64,000 nt of DNA from an uncultured Trueperaceae bacterium (GCA_963815215.1 CAWFFU010000003.1:288001-352000); one strand, 5' to 3'. Counted from the stretch's first letter, positions 42,681-52,902 are shown. The notes: generated by a model not told the origin, from the letters alone. Program-made: numbers and translations.

Positions 42681-43670
42681 GTGAGCGACCTCCAACGCTA
42701 CCAGGGCGACGCTCTCAACCGGGCCGAGGGTTGGGCCTCGCTGCCCGCCGACGAGCTCCGGCGCCGGGCCGCCCGCGCGGCCAACGCCCGCGACCTCGAC
42801 GAGTTGTGGGCGCTGACCGAAGCCTACCTGTTCCTGCATGGCTCCAAGGGCTCACGGGCCAGTCGGCACACGCTCCGCACCTATCGGCGCGGCATCGCAG
42901 ACCTTATCGAGGGCTGGCAGGACGAGAACCTGCTGAGGCCGACGCGCGACGCCGGGGTGCTCTACATCCGCCGGCTGGAGTCCACACCCGGCGTGGTGTC
43001 GGGCGAACGGCCGCAGCCGTCGACGCTTCAAGTGAAACTCGCCGCGGCCCGCACGCTCTTCCGAGCGCTGCGGTGGGCCGGCGCCACCGAGGCGCGCCCG
43101 TTCGAGAACGTGCGCGTCGCCAAGGACCCCACACCTCCGTGGGAGAAACGCCGCCCCTACGGCGATCGTGAGGTCGAACGGCTGATCGACCTGGCCGACG
43201 CGGCCGAGCGCGTGGTCGTCCTTCTGGGCGCGCACGCCGGGCTGCGCATCAGCGAGATGACGGCGTTGCGCTGGGGCGATCTCGATCTGGAGCGCGGCGA
43301 GCTGCTCGTCACGGCCGGCAAGGGCGGCAAGAGCGCGCGCGTCCACCTCACACGCCGGCTGCGCGAGGCGCTGGTGTCGCTCCGCCGGGGTGGATTGGCG
43401 GTCCGGCGTCAGCGCGACGCAGGCTACGTGCTGCCCTGGGGCACCGACCATACCCGCAAACACTTCCGCACCCTGTGCCAGCGGGCGGGCGTCGACTATG
43501 CCTCGGCGGGCGTGCACGGCCTGCGCCACGGGGCCGGGACCCGCTACTACCGGCAGACCCACGACCTGGGCCGGGTGGCGGCGCACCTGCGGCACGCCGA
43601 CATCCAGACCACCAGGATCTACGCCAAGATCGACCAGGACGCTATCGGCGAGGATATCGACGACTGGTGA
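42681..43670 (+). CDS. Xer-like tyrosine recombinase
   Basis: Complete catalytic set: GLRISE (R), GKGGK (K), HGLRH (HxxR), LRHAD (H), TRIY (Y); SRHTLRTY core-binding motif; 329 aa. Confidence 0.93.
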   Translation: MSDLQRYQGDALNRAEGWASLPADELRRRAARAANARDLDELWALTEAYLFLHGSKGSRASRHTLRTYRRGIADLIEGWQDENLLRPTRDAGVLYIRRLESTPGVVSGERPQPSTLQVKLAAARTLFRALRWAGATEARPFENVRVAKDPTPPWEKRRPYGDREVERLIDLADAAERVVVLLGAHAGLRISEMTALRWGDLDLERGELLVTAGKGGKSARVHLTRRLREALVSLRRGGLAVRRQRDAGYVLPWGTDHTRKHFRTLCQRAGVDYASAGVHGLRHGAGTRYYRQTHDLGRVAAHLRHADIQTTRIYAKIDQDAIGEDIDDW

Positions 43671-43745
43671 GCGGGAGCGGGATGGTGCGCCGAAGTGCAC
43701 GATCCGAGCCCGCGCTCTTCGTCCGGGGCCCCTCCCGCGCACCGC

Positions 43746-44234
43746 TCAGCCGCCTAGCGCGTACGGTCTCAGTTGGGCACGCATCTCGCCGGGCTTGTGA
43801 TTCTCGGAGTGGATCTGTATGTAGAGGTCGCCGGCCTTGAGCGACTTCACCTGGTCGGCGGTGAGCTGGAAGGTGCCGCGGATGCTGCCTGCGACGGTGC
43901 CGTCGACGTTGAGGCTGAAAAGGATCGGGCCGTTGTCGCTCGGGCCGCCCTGGTGGATGTGCGCTCCGCCGCGTAGCTCGCGGGCAACGGGGCTGGAGAG
44001 GGCCTGGAACGACCCCAGCACGTCGAGTTGGTTGCCGTCCAACACGGCCACCGCGAAGCCGCTGGCCCCTGTGTTCACCGGCGGAACGACGTTCCTGGGG
44101 CTCAGGTTGGCGCTGAAGACTTCGAGAGGGGCCGACTGGGCCGCGGCGGTCGCCACGATGCCCGGTATCGCCACTAGCGCAAGCGCGAAGATCGCGTTGC
44201 GGACCGTGCGCGGAAGCGAACGAGGACGGGTCAT
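43746..44234 (-). CDS. Secreted CHRD-domain protein
   Basis: Signal peptide; VVPPV...AHIH...NGPILF...LYIQIHS...PGEMRAQL. Confidence 0.88.
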   Translation of the reverse strand: MTRPRSLPRTVRNAIFALALVAIPGIVATAAAQSAPLEVFSANLSPRNVVPPVNTGASGFAVAVLDGNQLDVLGSFQALSSPVARELRGGAHIHQGGPSDNGPILFSLNVDGTVAGSIRGTFQLTADQVKSLKAGDLYIQIHSENHKPGEMRAQLRPYALGG

Positions 44235-44436
44235 ATGCCTCACCTCCACGCCCACGGTGGCATGACAGCGCGAGGGAATGCGTCGCACGCGAATGAGGTT
44301 CGCCTGAGGCCTACCTGAGCCTCCGTGCCCGGCCGATTCCCGCGTCGACCCGCTCACCAACGTCGACCCGCGTCGGCCTTCCCGAGGACCGGGCCAACGC
44401 AACGCTCCGAGCTATCGCATGCCGCTCCGCTGCGGC

Positions 44437-45123
44437 CTACTCTCGGCGTGCGGCTCGCGTAGCGGTTGCAGGTCCCTGTTCGATCGGCCCGACCTCGGGT
44501 CTTCTCCGACCGGTCGCACTCTCCCCTTCGTGAGTTGCGCTTCGACTCCACGGTGTGCTTAGGGCCGGAAGCAGCCAGCGATCGAACCCCCACCAACCGG
44601 CCGTCTTCCATGCCAGCACCAGTAGAGTGGCGATCGCCAACAGGATGGGATTCGTGCTCACCGCCCCCGCGAGCAGATAGCTGGTGTTCATGACACTCCC
44701 GAAGAAGGCGGCGATCCCGGTGAAGATGCCCAGGATCAACGCGACGCCCACCAGGAGCTCGCCCCAGGCCACCACGTAGCCCCACGGGACGGGGTAAGGC
44801 AAGACGATGTGCTGCAAGAACCAGCCGTACCAGGCCTGCACTGCGGGATGCGCCCCTCCCGTTTGCGCCAGGGCCCCTTTGACGAAACCCGTGAGCGCGG
44901 TGCCGGCCTGGCCGCCCGTCCAGGCCGCACTGGTGACCTTCTCCCACCCTGCGCTGGCCCACTGCCAGCCTACGTAGAGGCGCAGGATCAGCCAGATCCA
45001 GGCCCAGCGCACGTCCCCGAACAGCGCTCGGGCCAGAGGTGGATCGTGGATGGTCCTTCTCGCGTTTCTGGCGTTCCTGACGTTCTTCCGAGTCGGTTGC
45101 GTGCCATGTGGAAGGGTTGCCAT
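44437..45123 (-). CDS. DoxX/DoxD-family membrane protein
   Basis: LRLYVGWQWASAGWEK, WGELLVGVALILG, AGAVSTNP, AGWWGFDR. Confidence 0.88.
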   Translation of the reverse strand: MATLPHGTQPTRKNVRNARNARRTIHDPPLARALFGDVRWAWIWLILRLYVGWQWASAGWEKVTSAAWTGGQAGTALTGFVKGALAQTGGAHPAVQAWYGWFLQHIVLPYPVPWGYVVAWGELLVGVALILGIFTGIAAFFGSVMNTSYLLAGAVSTNPILLAIATLLVLAWKTAGWWGFDRWLLPALSTPWSRSATHEGESATGRRRPEVGPIEQGPATATRAARRE

Positions 45124-45287
45124 GGTGTCACATCCTTCGTTCTTTCAACGGGTGCATCGCAGGCTGCCAAGGCGTGGACTGCGAGACCATCCCATCTGCG
45201 GCTAGGTCGATGTGTGCGTACGGGATCTCCAGGCACCGTCTTCGAGGTCGAGCTGCGCACCCCTCCTCCCGCTCGACCTCCCGACGT

Positions 45288-46688
45288 TCACAAGGCTCTT
45301 GGATGCTTGCCCTGTTTCCAGTGCGCTTCGATCTGCTCGAGGCTTCGGCCCTTCGTTTCCGGCACCAGGGCGAAGGCGAAGACCCATGCCCCGATGCTGA
45401 TGAGCCCGAACAGCCAGAAGGTGATGGGTTTGCCGAGCGTCTGCGTGAGCGTCAGGAACGACACGGCCACGATCAGGTTGGCGGCCCAGTTGGCGAGCGT
45501 CCCGATGCTCATGGCCCGGCCGCGGATTCGCAGCGGGTAGATCTCCGAGAGCATGAGCCAGAAGACCGGTCCCAGCCCTACCGCGAAGGAGCCGACGTAC
45601 ACCATGAGACTGGCCAGCGCCAACCATCCCAGGCTGCCGGACAACTGCGGAAGCGAGAACGCCAGCCCCAACACGGCCAGACTCAGTGCCATTCCCGCGA
45701 GGCTGACCAGCAGCAGGGGCCGCCGTCCGACCCGGTCGATCAGTTGCATCGCCACCAGGGTCAGCGCGACGTTCACGACGCCTACGCCGACGCTGGCCAG
45801 GATCGCTACCGACGAGGACGACAGGCCGGCGAACTTGAAGATCGTAGGAGCGTAGTAGATGACGGTGTTGATGCCGGTGACCTGCTGCGCGATGGCCAGA
45901 CCGACGCCGACGATCATGGCCGGTCGCAGTAGGGGGCTGAGCAGTTCCGACCAGTGTCCCTTCTGTTGCGCCACACTCTGCCCGATGTCCTCGAGCTCAC
46001 CTTCGACCTGGGCAGGGGTGCGAAGGCGTGTCAGCGCAGCCCGGGCCCGGTCGGTGTGGCCGTGGCCGACAAGCCACCGCGGGCTGTTGGGAATGAACAT
46101 CAGTCCGATCCCGAAGGCTGCGGCCGGGATCACCGAGAGCGCGAACATCCAGCGCCAGGCCTGCGCCCCGGCGAAGGCATAGTCGATGATGTAAGAGATG
46201 ACGATGCCGCTCGTTAGAGCGACCTGGTTGATCGAAACCAGCTTCCCGCGGATGGCGACCGGGGCGATCTCGGAGATGTACAAGGGAGCGACGAACGAGG
46301 CGATGCCGATAGCGGCGCCGGCAAGGACGCGGGCGGCGATCAACCACGCCGTGCCCGGCGCCAGGGCCGCCGCGACGGCACCCACCGCGAAGACGGCGGC
46401 GGTGGCGATCAGGAGCCTCCGGCGCCCGAGGCGGTCGGCCAGCATCCCCCCGACGCCCGCACCGATCAGCGATCCCAACAGGACCGAGCTGACGACGATC
46501 TCCTCCATCCCGGACGATAGAGAGAAGTCCCGTTGGATGAAGAGGATGGCTCCGGAGATGACGCCGATGTCGTAGCCGAAGAGCATGCCGCCCAGCGCCG
46601 ATATGGCAGTTGCCACGTATACGAGACGCTTCACAGCTGGCGTGGTGCCGTCCGTCTTGGCCGCGGTCGCCTGGGCCTCAGTCGTCAT
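45288..46688 (-). CDS. Sugar porter family MFS transporter
   Basis: GGMLFGYD, DRLGRR, YISE, PNSPRW, QQVTGIN, PETKG. Confidence 0.95.
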   Translation of the reverse strand: MTTEAQATAAKTDGTTPAVKRLVYVATAISALGGMLFGYDIGVISGAILFIQRDFSLSSGMEEIVVSSVLLGSLIGAGVGGMLADRLGRRRLLIATAAVFAVGAVAAALAPGTAWLIAARVLAGAAIGIASFVAPLYISEIAPVAIRGKLVSINQVALTSGIVISYIIDYAFAGAQAWRWMFALSVIPAAAFGIGLMFIPNSPRWLVGHGHTDRARAALTRLRTPAQVEGELEDIGQSVAQQKGHWSELLSPLLRPAMIVGVGLAIAQQVTGINTVIYYAPTIFKFAGLSSSSVAILASVGVGVVNVALTLVAMQLIDRVGRRPLLLVSLAGMALSLAVLGLAFSLPQLSGSLGWLALASLMVYVGSFAVGLGPVFWLMLSEIYPLRIRGRAMSIGTLANWAANLIVAVSFLTLTQTLGKPITFWLFGLISIGAWVFAFALVPETKGRSLEQIEAHWKQGKHPRAL

Positions 46689-47662
46689 CGGCCTCCCCCT
46701 TCCGCTGGATGGCGGTTCGCCTGAACCCTCGGTCGGATGCTTCGGATCTCCGACGTTGCAGCGACCTCCACGAACTTCCAGGAGATCTCTATGCAGGCCA
46801 CGCGCCCGTCAGCCGCCGGGGCGGCGTTCGGCGCCAGCCAGAAGGCGTCCCCCGTGCCTGACCTGCGATCGCGATATGGGGCACGGGGGCTTACGGCTTC
46901 CGAAACACGCGTATGGTCTGAGTTCGCGACTCCGCCGTATCTTCCCGGGTCCGTCGCTGAACGCCGCGTAAGCGGCTCCCTAGTCCATCCCGAGCCGAGC
47001 CACGACCTCGATCGTGTTGTGGTGCGGTTCCGGCTGAGCACCCAGGGCAGCGTAGGACAGCTCAGACGCAGGGGGCCGCTGCTCGCAAGAGACCGACTCG
47101 CTCCGGTATGCCCGCAGCCTGAGCGGCCCTGCCAGACCGATGAGGACGCTCGGCGGATGGCGCTGTTCCATCTCGGCCAACACGAACGCGCGCTGTCTGG
47201 CTCTCCGTCTCCGTCCCCGATCTTCGGTAGCGGTGATGCCAGTGATGCGTGACTGCAGCGGCCTGAGATTCTGAAGCAATGACGTGATGGGACTCGCTCG
47301 TTTCATGAGACCACCGTCAATCCGGTGCCGGCCAATGTCAGTCGGTACCCGCCAATACTAGGGACCGCAACCGCCAGTGACGAGAGTTATCTGGACCCTG
47401 AGGTCTGGGTTCAATACCCCAGACGGTACGCGAGGGTCCCGCCCCTTGTCGGGCCTGCTGTCCGCTGGCGGCGTTTCGGTCCCCTCACGAAGGAGCTGTA
47501 CTGTGACCCGAGAAGGCCAGCGGGCGCGGCGGGCGCCGCTGGTGCAGGCGCCCCGTACGGCGGTCAACGCTCGGCCTGGGGGCGCCCGGGTTCTTGGCGG
47601 GCGGCGAGAGCGCCTCCGGCACCTCGCGGGGACTTCGCGGCTCACGAGAGGACTTCGGTGCA

Positions 47663-49765
47663 ATGACGACGGACTGGACCATGGGTGATGCTTGGGGTGC
47701 CCTCAACACGACCCCAGAGTTGGACCAGCGCTGCATCGACACCCTCCGCTTCCTATCGGTCGATATGGTGCAGAAAGCAGGCAGCGGGCATCCCGGCCTG
47801 CCGATGGGCGCTGCCGCGTTCACCTATGTGTTGTGGACGCGTTTCCTCCGGCACAATCCTGCGAATCCGCGGTGGGCGAATCGCGATCGGTTCGTGTTGT
47901 CGGCCGGACACGGCTCGGCGTTGCTGTACAGCCTGCTACACCTGACCGGCTACGATCTTCCTCTCGGGGAGATCGAGCGGTTCCGCCGCTGGGGCAGCGT
48001 CACCCCCGGGCACCCGGAGAGCGAGCTGACGCGGGGTGTGGAGGTCACCACCGGTCCTCTCGGACAGGGCTTGGCAAATTCTGTCGGGATGGCCATCGCG
48101 GAGCGCTACCTGTCATCACGATTCAACCGGCCCGGCCACGAGATCGTGGACCACCACACGTATACCCTCGTGGGTGACGGCGATCTGATGGAAGGCGTCG
48201 CGTCGGAAGCCGCCTCGTTGGCGGGCCATCTCAAGCTCGGCAAGCTCCTCGTTCTCTACGACGACAACCGCATCACGCTCTCCGCCGGCACGGCCATGAC
48301 CTTCACCGAGGATCGCGCGGGGCGCTTCGAGGCGTACGGCTGGCATGTCCGGACGGTGGAGGACGGCAACGACCTGGAGGCGGTCGACGCCGCACTGCGG
48401 GCGGCCCGCTCGGAGACGGAGCGACCGTCGTTGATCCTGCTGCGTACCCACATCGGCTACGGTTCCCCGAACAAGGAGGACACCTTCGAAGCGCACGGTT
48501 CGCCGCTCGGCGTCGATGAGGTCCAGCGGGCGAAGAAGGCCTCGGGATGGCCGGTGGAGCCCCCCTTCTACATCCCCGACGGCGCCCTCGCACACTTCCG
48601 TCAGGCCGTCGAGCGGGGCAAGCAGGCCGAGGCCACGTGGGACGAGGCGTTCGCCGCGTACGCCAGCGACCATCCCGAGCTCGCGCGAGCCTACCAACAG
48701 GCCGTTCGAGGAGACGTGCCGGCCGGCTGGGACGCCGACATCCCCGTCTTCGACGCCGATGGCCCCGGGATGGCCACGCGAGTCGCATCGGGAAAGGTCC
48801 TCGACGCCGTCCGTCGTCGGCTGCCGGGCCTGGTCGGCGGCTCGGCCGACCTCGACCCGTCGACGCACACGGCGCTGGCGGCCATGGGGGACTTCCAGAA
48901 CCCGGCGTACGCCAGCGGCGACTTGCAGGGTTCGGCGGGCGGTGGATGGAGCTACGCAGGACGCAACCTGCACTTCGGCGTCCGCGAGCATGCCATGGGG
49001 GCGATCGCCAACGGTCTCGCAGCTCACGGTGGCCTGCTCCCGTTCACGGCCACGTTCCTGGTGTTCTCCGACTACATGCGCCCGCCCATTCGGCTCGCCG
49101 CCCTCATGCGACTGGGCGTCATCTTCGTGTTCACCCACGACAGCGTCGCACTGGGCGAAGACGGCCCCACACACCAGCCGATCGAGCAGCTGGCGAACCT
49201 CCGTGCGGTCCCGAACCTCACCGTCCTGCGGCCGGCCGACGCCAACGAGGTGGCCGTCGCCTGGCGCGTGGCGGTCGAAACGCGCGATCGCCCGACCGTC
49301 CTGGTGCTCACGAGGCAGACCGTGCCTACCCTCGACCGGAGCCGGCTCGCGACCGCCGACGGGCTCCGGAAGGGGGCCTACGTCCTGGCCGACGTTCCGG
49401 ATGGGCGAGCCGACATCGTTCTCATCGCCAGCGGCTCGGAGGTGGGGCTGATCGAGGAGGCGCGCCGGCTGCTGGCGCAGCAAGGGGTCAAGGCCCGGAC
49501 GGTATCCATGCCGAGCTGGGAGTTGTTCGAAGCACAGCCCCCGGAGTACCGCGAGTCGGTGTTGCCGGCGTCCGTGCCCGCGCGTCTGGCCGTCGAGGCC
49601 GGCGCCACGCAGGGTTGGCACGCGTACGTCGGCGACGGCGGGGCCGTGATCGGAATCGACCACTTCGGGGCGTCTGCGCCTGGCGAGGTCGTGATGGAGG
49701 AGTTCGGGTTCACGCCCGCCAATGTCGTCCGGCGTGCTCTCGCCGTCTTGGAACGTCAGGGCTGA
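47663..49765 (+). CDS. tkt: Transketolase (start uncertain, 47663 or 47681)
   Basis: [43 protein letters not shown]. Confidence 0.97.
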   Translation: MTTDWTMGDAWGALNTTPELDQRCIDTLRFLSVDMVQKAGSGHPGLPMGAAAFTYVLWTRFLRHNPANPRWANRDRFVLSAGHGSALLYSLLHLTGYDLPLGEIERFRRWGSVTPGHPESELTRGVEVTTGPLGQGLANSVGMAIAERYLSSRFNRPGHEIVDHHTYTLVGDGDLMEGVASEAASLAGHLKLGKLLVLYDDNRITLSAGTAMTFTEDRAGRFEAYGWHVRTVEDGNDLEAVDAALRAARSETERPSLILLRTHIGYGSPNKEDTFEAHGSPLGVDEVQRAKKASGWPVEPPFYIPDGALAHFRQAVERGKQAEATWDEAFAAYASDHPELARAYQQAVRGDVPAGWDADIPVFDADGPGMATRVASGKVLDAVRRRLPGLVGGSADLDPSTHTALAAMGDFQNPAYASGDLQGSAGGGWSYAGRNLHFGVREHAMGAIANGLAAHGGLLPFTATFLVFSDYMRPPIRLAALMRLGVIFVFTHDSVALGEDGPTHQPIEQLANLRAVPNLTVLRPADANEVAVAWRVAVETRDRPTVLVLTRQTVPTLDRSRLATADGLRKGAYVLADVPDGRADIVLIASGSEVGLIEEARRLLAQQGVKARTVSMPSWELFEAQPPEYRESVLPASVPARLAVEAGATQGWHAYVGDGGAVIGIDHFGASAPGEVVMEEFGFTPANVVRRALAVLERQG

Positions 49766-49819
49766 CCGGTGCCGGTGCGCGCGTGGCAGGTAGGGAACGA
49801 AGGGACCGGGGGTGGTTGC

Positions 49820-50665
49820 ATGAAGCCGTACTCGCCCAACAAGGTGTCGTTGGTGCTCGCCGATGTGGATGGGACCCTGGTGACGGAGGACAAACTCCTG
49901 ACGCCGCGGGCGAAGGGGGCGGTCACGTCCTTGCGGGCGGCCGGCATCGCCTTCGCGATCACGAGCGGCCGGCCTCCGCGCGGCCTGAAGTCGATCATCG
50001 ATGATCTCGGTGTAGACACCGTCGTGGCCGGGTTCAACGGTGGCGTGTTCACGACGCCGGAGCTCGACGTGGTGCTGTCACGGTTCCTGGACAGGGCGAT
50101 CGCCCAGCACACGCTACGACTGCTTGGCGAGCACCAATTGACCGCCTGGCTCTACACCGATACGGACTGGTACGTGCCGGAAGCGGACGGGCCGCACGTC
50201 GCTCGGGAAACCGCGACGGTGGAATTCGAGGCCAAGGTGGCCCAGGACTTCGACCCGCTGCTGGAACGCGCCGTCAAGATCGTGGGCGTGAGCGACGATC
50301 TGGACGCGGTCGCCAGCTGCGAAGCGGCGATGCAGGCCGCGCTGAGCGGTGACGCTTCTGCCGAACGCTCGCAACCCTACTACCTGGACGTCACCCACAG
50401 CAAGGCGACGAAGGGCGCGGTCGTCGAGTACCTGTCCGAGCGCATGAGCATCCCGAGGGCGGAGATCGCGACCCTCGGCGACATGCCCAACGACGTGCCG
50501 ATGTTCGACAACAGCGGCATGAGCATCGCAATGGGGAACGCCAGCAGCGAGGTGCAGGCCCAGGCGAACTTCACCACGCTGGGGAATGACGAGGACGGTT
50601 TCGCACGCGGTATCGAGACGCACGTCCTGAGTGGGCGGCGAGCGACGGGCCACGGGGGGACGTAG
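49820..50665 (+). CDS. Cof-type HAD-IIB hydrolase
   Basis: DVDGTL, TSGR, SQPYYLDVT, GDMPND. Confidence 0.9.
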   Translation: MKPYSPNKVSLVLADVDGTLVTEDKLLTPRAKGAVTSLRAAGIAFAITSGRPPRGLKSIIDDLGVDTVVAGFNGGVFTTPELDVVLSRFLDRAIAQHTLRLLGEHQLTAWLYTDTDWYVPEADGPHVARETATVEFEAKVAQDFDPLLERAVKIVGVSDDLDAVASCEAAMQAALSGDASAERSQPYYLDVTHSKATKGAVVEYLSERMSIPRAEIATLGDMPNDVPMFDNSGMSIAMGNASSEVQAQANFTTLGNDEDGFARGIETHVLSGRRATGHGGT

Positions 50666-50882
50666 TCCGGCCGAGCCCCCAGGGCTTCGCCGGCTGGCCG
50701 TGGCTCCTCTGATACGGCCGTCGGTCGCGCGCCTCGGGGGCTTCGCGCGCGCGTCGAACCACCGAAGGAGAACGCTCGCACGCTGGCGTGATCCAGGTGC
50801 ATGCGAGCATGGCGACCGGCGATCGCGGAGGTACGCTTCGGCTAGGGTCGCCACGACGGGAAGGCCCGGGAAAGAGAGCGAC

Positions 50883-51361
50883 ATGGCCCACGAAGGCACG
50901 TCCGCGCCCCGTAGCTCAATGAATCCCATCTGACGGTGAAGGACTCATCCGAGGACGTTCGCGGGAGGAAGGTCTTCGACAGGGACGGCAAGCACATCGG
51001 TCACGTGGTGGACCTGATGGTCGACGAAGGTGAGTCGAAGGTCAGGTTCCTGCATGTCGCACAGGGCGGTGTCCTGGGTATCGGTGAGAAGCGCTACCTG
51101 GTCCCGGTCGATGCTGTCAGGGACGTCAACGACGACGAGGTTCACATCGACCGAACGCATCACCATGTGGCCGATGCGCCGGACTACGACCCGGCTCTGG
51201 CTGCCGTCGACCACGGAGCCTATTGGGGTCGCATCTACGACTATTGGGGCTACGCGCCGTACTGGTCGGGCGGCTCCTTGACCCCGAGCTTCCCGCGGTA
51301 CCCGACGCGATCCGAAGATGCGTCAAGGAAGCATGATCGGGATGAGCGGGACCACGACTGA
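50883..51361 (+). CDS. PRC-barrel domain protein, probable frameshift near 50912 (intact ORF 50936-51361)
   Basis: DVRGRKVFDRDGKHIGHVVDLMVD...GGVLGIGEK...VPVDAV...APDYDP. Confidence 0.85.
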
Positions 51362-51462
51362 CGGCCCGCGTCAGACCATCGCTACCGACGTGACGGTGCC
51401 CCGGTAGCGTTCGCGGCTCCGCGGCATCTCGGCGACGCGAAGGCGACACCCGGTGTGGCCGT

Positions 51463-52902
51463 TCAACGCTTCGCTTCGTCGACCTCCCAGCGCGTGTGGA
51501 ACGTGCCCTTCATGTCGACACGCTCGTAGCTGTGGGCGCCGAAGTAATCGCGCTGCGCCTGGATCAGGTTGGCCGGGAGCCAGTCGCTGGCGAAGGCGTC
51601 GAGGTAGGCCAGGGCCGTCATCAACCCCGGCGTTGGCACGCCGAGCTCCGCGGCCACGCAGACGATACGCCGGAGATCGCCATCATGAGCCTGGACCTTG
51701 GCTGCGATCGCCTCATCGAAGAGCGGGTTCGTCAGCTCGGGCTCGCTACGGTAGGCCGTCCGGATGTCCTGCAGCAGGGCCGCCCTGATGATGCATCCGC
51801 CGCGCCAGATGCGAGCGACCTCTTGCAGGTCCAGGTGGTAGGCGTAGGCCTCCGATGCCACCTTCAGGAGCGCCATCCCCTGGGCGTAGGTGATGACCAT
51901 GCCGGCGTACAGGGCGCCGCGCAGTCGTGCGAGCAGGCCGTCGCGATCGCCTTCGTAGGACCGCACCTCGCGCTCGAAGGCCCTGGCCGCCGAGTCGCGT
52001 TGGCTCTGGGCCGCCGATAGGTTGCGCATCGCCACCGCGACGTCGATCGTCGGCACCGGCGCCTGGAGCGTCATGGCGATCTGCGACGTCCACATGCCGG
52101 TGCCCTTCTGCTTGGCCGCATCGAGGATCTCGTCGATCAACCGCTTGCCGGTCTCGTCGTCGGCGCGGCTGAAGATGTCGCTGGTGATCTGCACCAGATA
52201 GCCGTCGAGCTCCCCGTCGTTGAAGGTGCCGTAGACGTCGTGCATGTCGTCGTCGGAGAGGCCGAGTCCGCGCTTCATGAGGTCGTACGATTCTGCGATG
52301 AGCTGCATGGCGCCGTATTCGATGCCGTTGTGGACCATCTTGACGAAGTGCCCGGCCGATCCGGGACCCAAGTAGGTGACGCACGGTCGGTCGTCGACCT
52401 TGGCCGCCGCCGCTTCCAGGATGGGCCGGACACGGTCGTAGGCGGCCCTGGGTCCGCCGGGCATGATGCTCGGCCCATGGCGCGCACCCTCCTCACCACC
52501 GGAGATGCCCACGCCCAGGTAGTGGATGCCCTTCTCGGCGAGGGCCCGTGCCCGGAGATCGGTGTCTTCGAAGTAGGAGTTGCCGGCGTCGATGATGACG
52601 TCGCCGGGGGTCAGGTGCGGCAGCAGGTCCTTGATGACCTGATCCACGACCTTTCCGGCCGGCACGAGCATCATCACGGCGCGCGGCTCATCGAGCAGCG
52701 CGACGAAGTCCGGCAGGCTGCCGACGGCTTCGATCGCCCTTCCCTGCGCGGCCTCGCGCAGGGCGTTGACCTTGGCCTCGTCGAGGTCGTAGCCCGCCAC
52801 CGAGAAACCGTTATCGGCCATGTTCAACACGAAATTGCGGCCCATCACGCCCAGGCCGACCATTCCGATGTCGCAGCGTTTGGCTGATCGCGAGTCCGTC
52901 AT
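51463..52902 (-). CDS. gndA: NADP-dependent 6-phosphogluconate dehydrogenase, decarboxylating
   Basis: GLGVMG, SGGEEGA, KMVHNGIEY, QKGTG, WRGGCIIRA, QAQRDYFGAH. Confidence 0.97.
   Translation of the reverse strand: MTDSRSAKRCDIGMVGLGVMGRNFVLNMADNGFSVAGYDLDEAKVNALREAAQGRAIEAVGSLPDFVALLDEPRAVMMLVPAGKVVDQVIKDLLPHLTPGDVIIDAGNSYFEDTDLRARALAEKGIHYLGVGISGGEEGARHGPSIMPGGPRAAYDRVRPILEAAAAKVDDRPCVTYLGPGSAGHFVKMVHNGIEYGAMQLIAESYDLMKRGLGLSDDDMHDVYGTFNDGELDGYLVQITSDIFSRADDETGKRLIDEILDAAKQKGTGMWTSQIAMTLQAPVPTIDVAVAMRNLSAAQSQRDSAARAFEREVRSYEGDRDGLLARLRGALYAGMVITYAQGMALLKVASEAYAYHLDLQEVARIWRGGCIIRAALLQDIRTAYRSEPELTNPLFDEAIAAKVQAHDGDLRRIVCVAAELGVPTPGLMTALAYLDAFASDWLPANLIQAQRDYFGAHSYERVDMKGTFHTRWEVDEAKR

Noticed and set aside
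42681..43670. Prophage, ICE or integron integrase interpretation
   Set aside because: No phage, conjugation or excisionase genes, no adjacent tRNA, no attC-like cassette array and no flanking att duplication were seen.
47375..47400. Second copy of the recombinase site (GACGAG-AG-TTATCTGG)
   Set aside because: Only a partial half-site with wrong spacing; compatible with chance.
47401..47435. tRNA 3'-end remnant (att site) matching tRNA-Val
   Set aside because: The loop is 8 nt, there is no matching acceptor stem or CCA, identity is low and the orientation is opposite to the tRNA gene.
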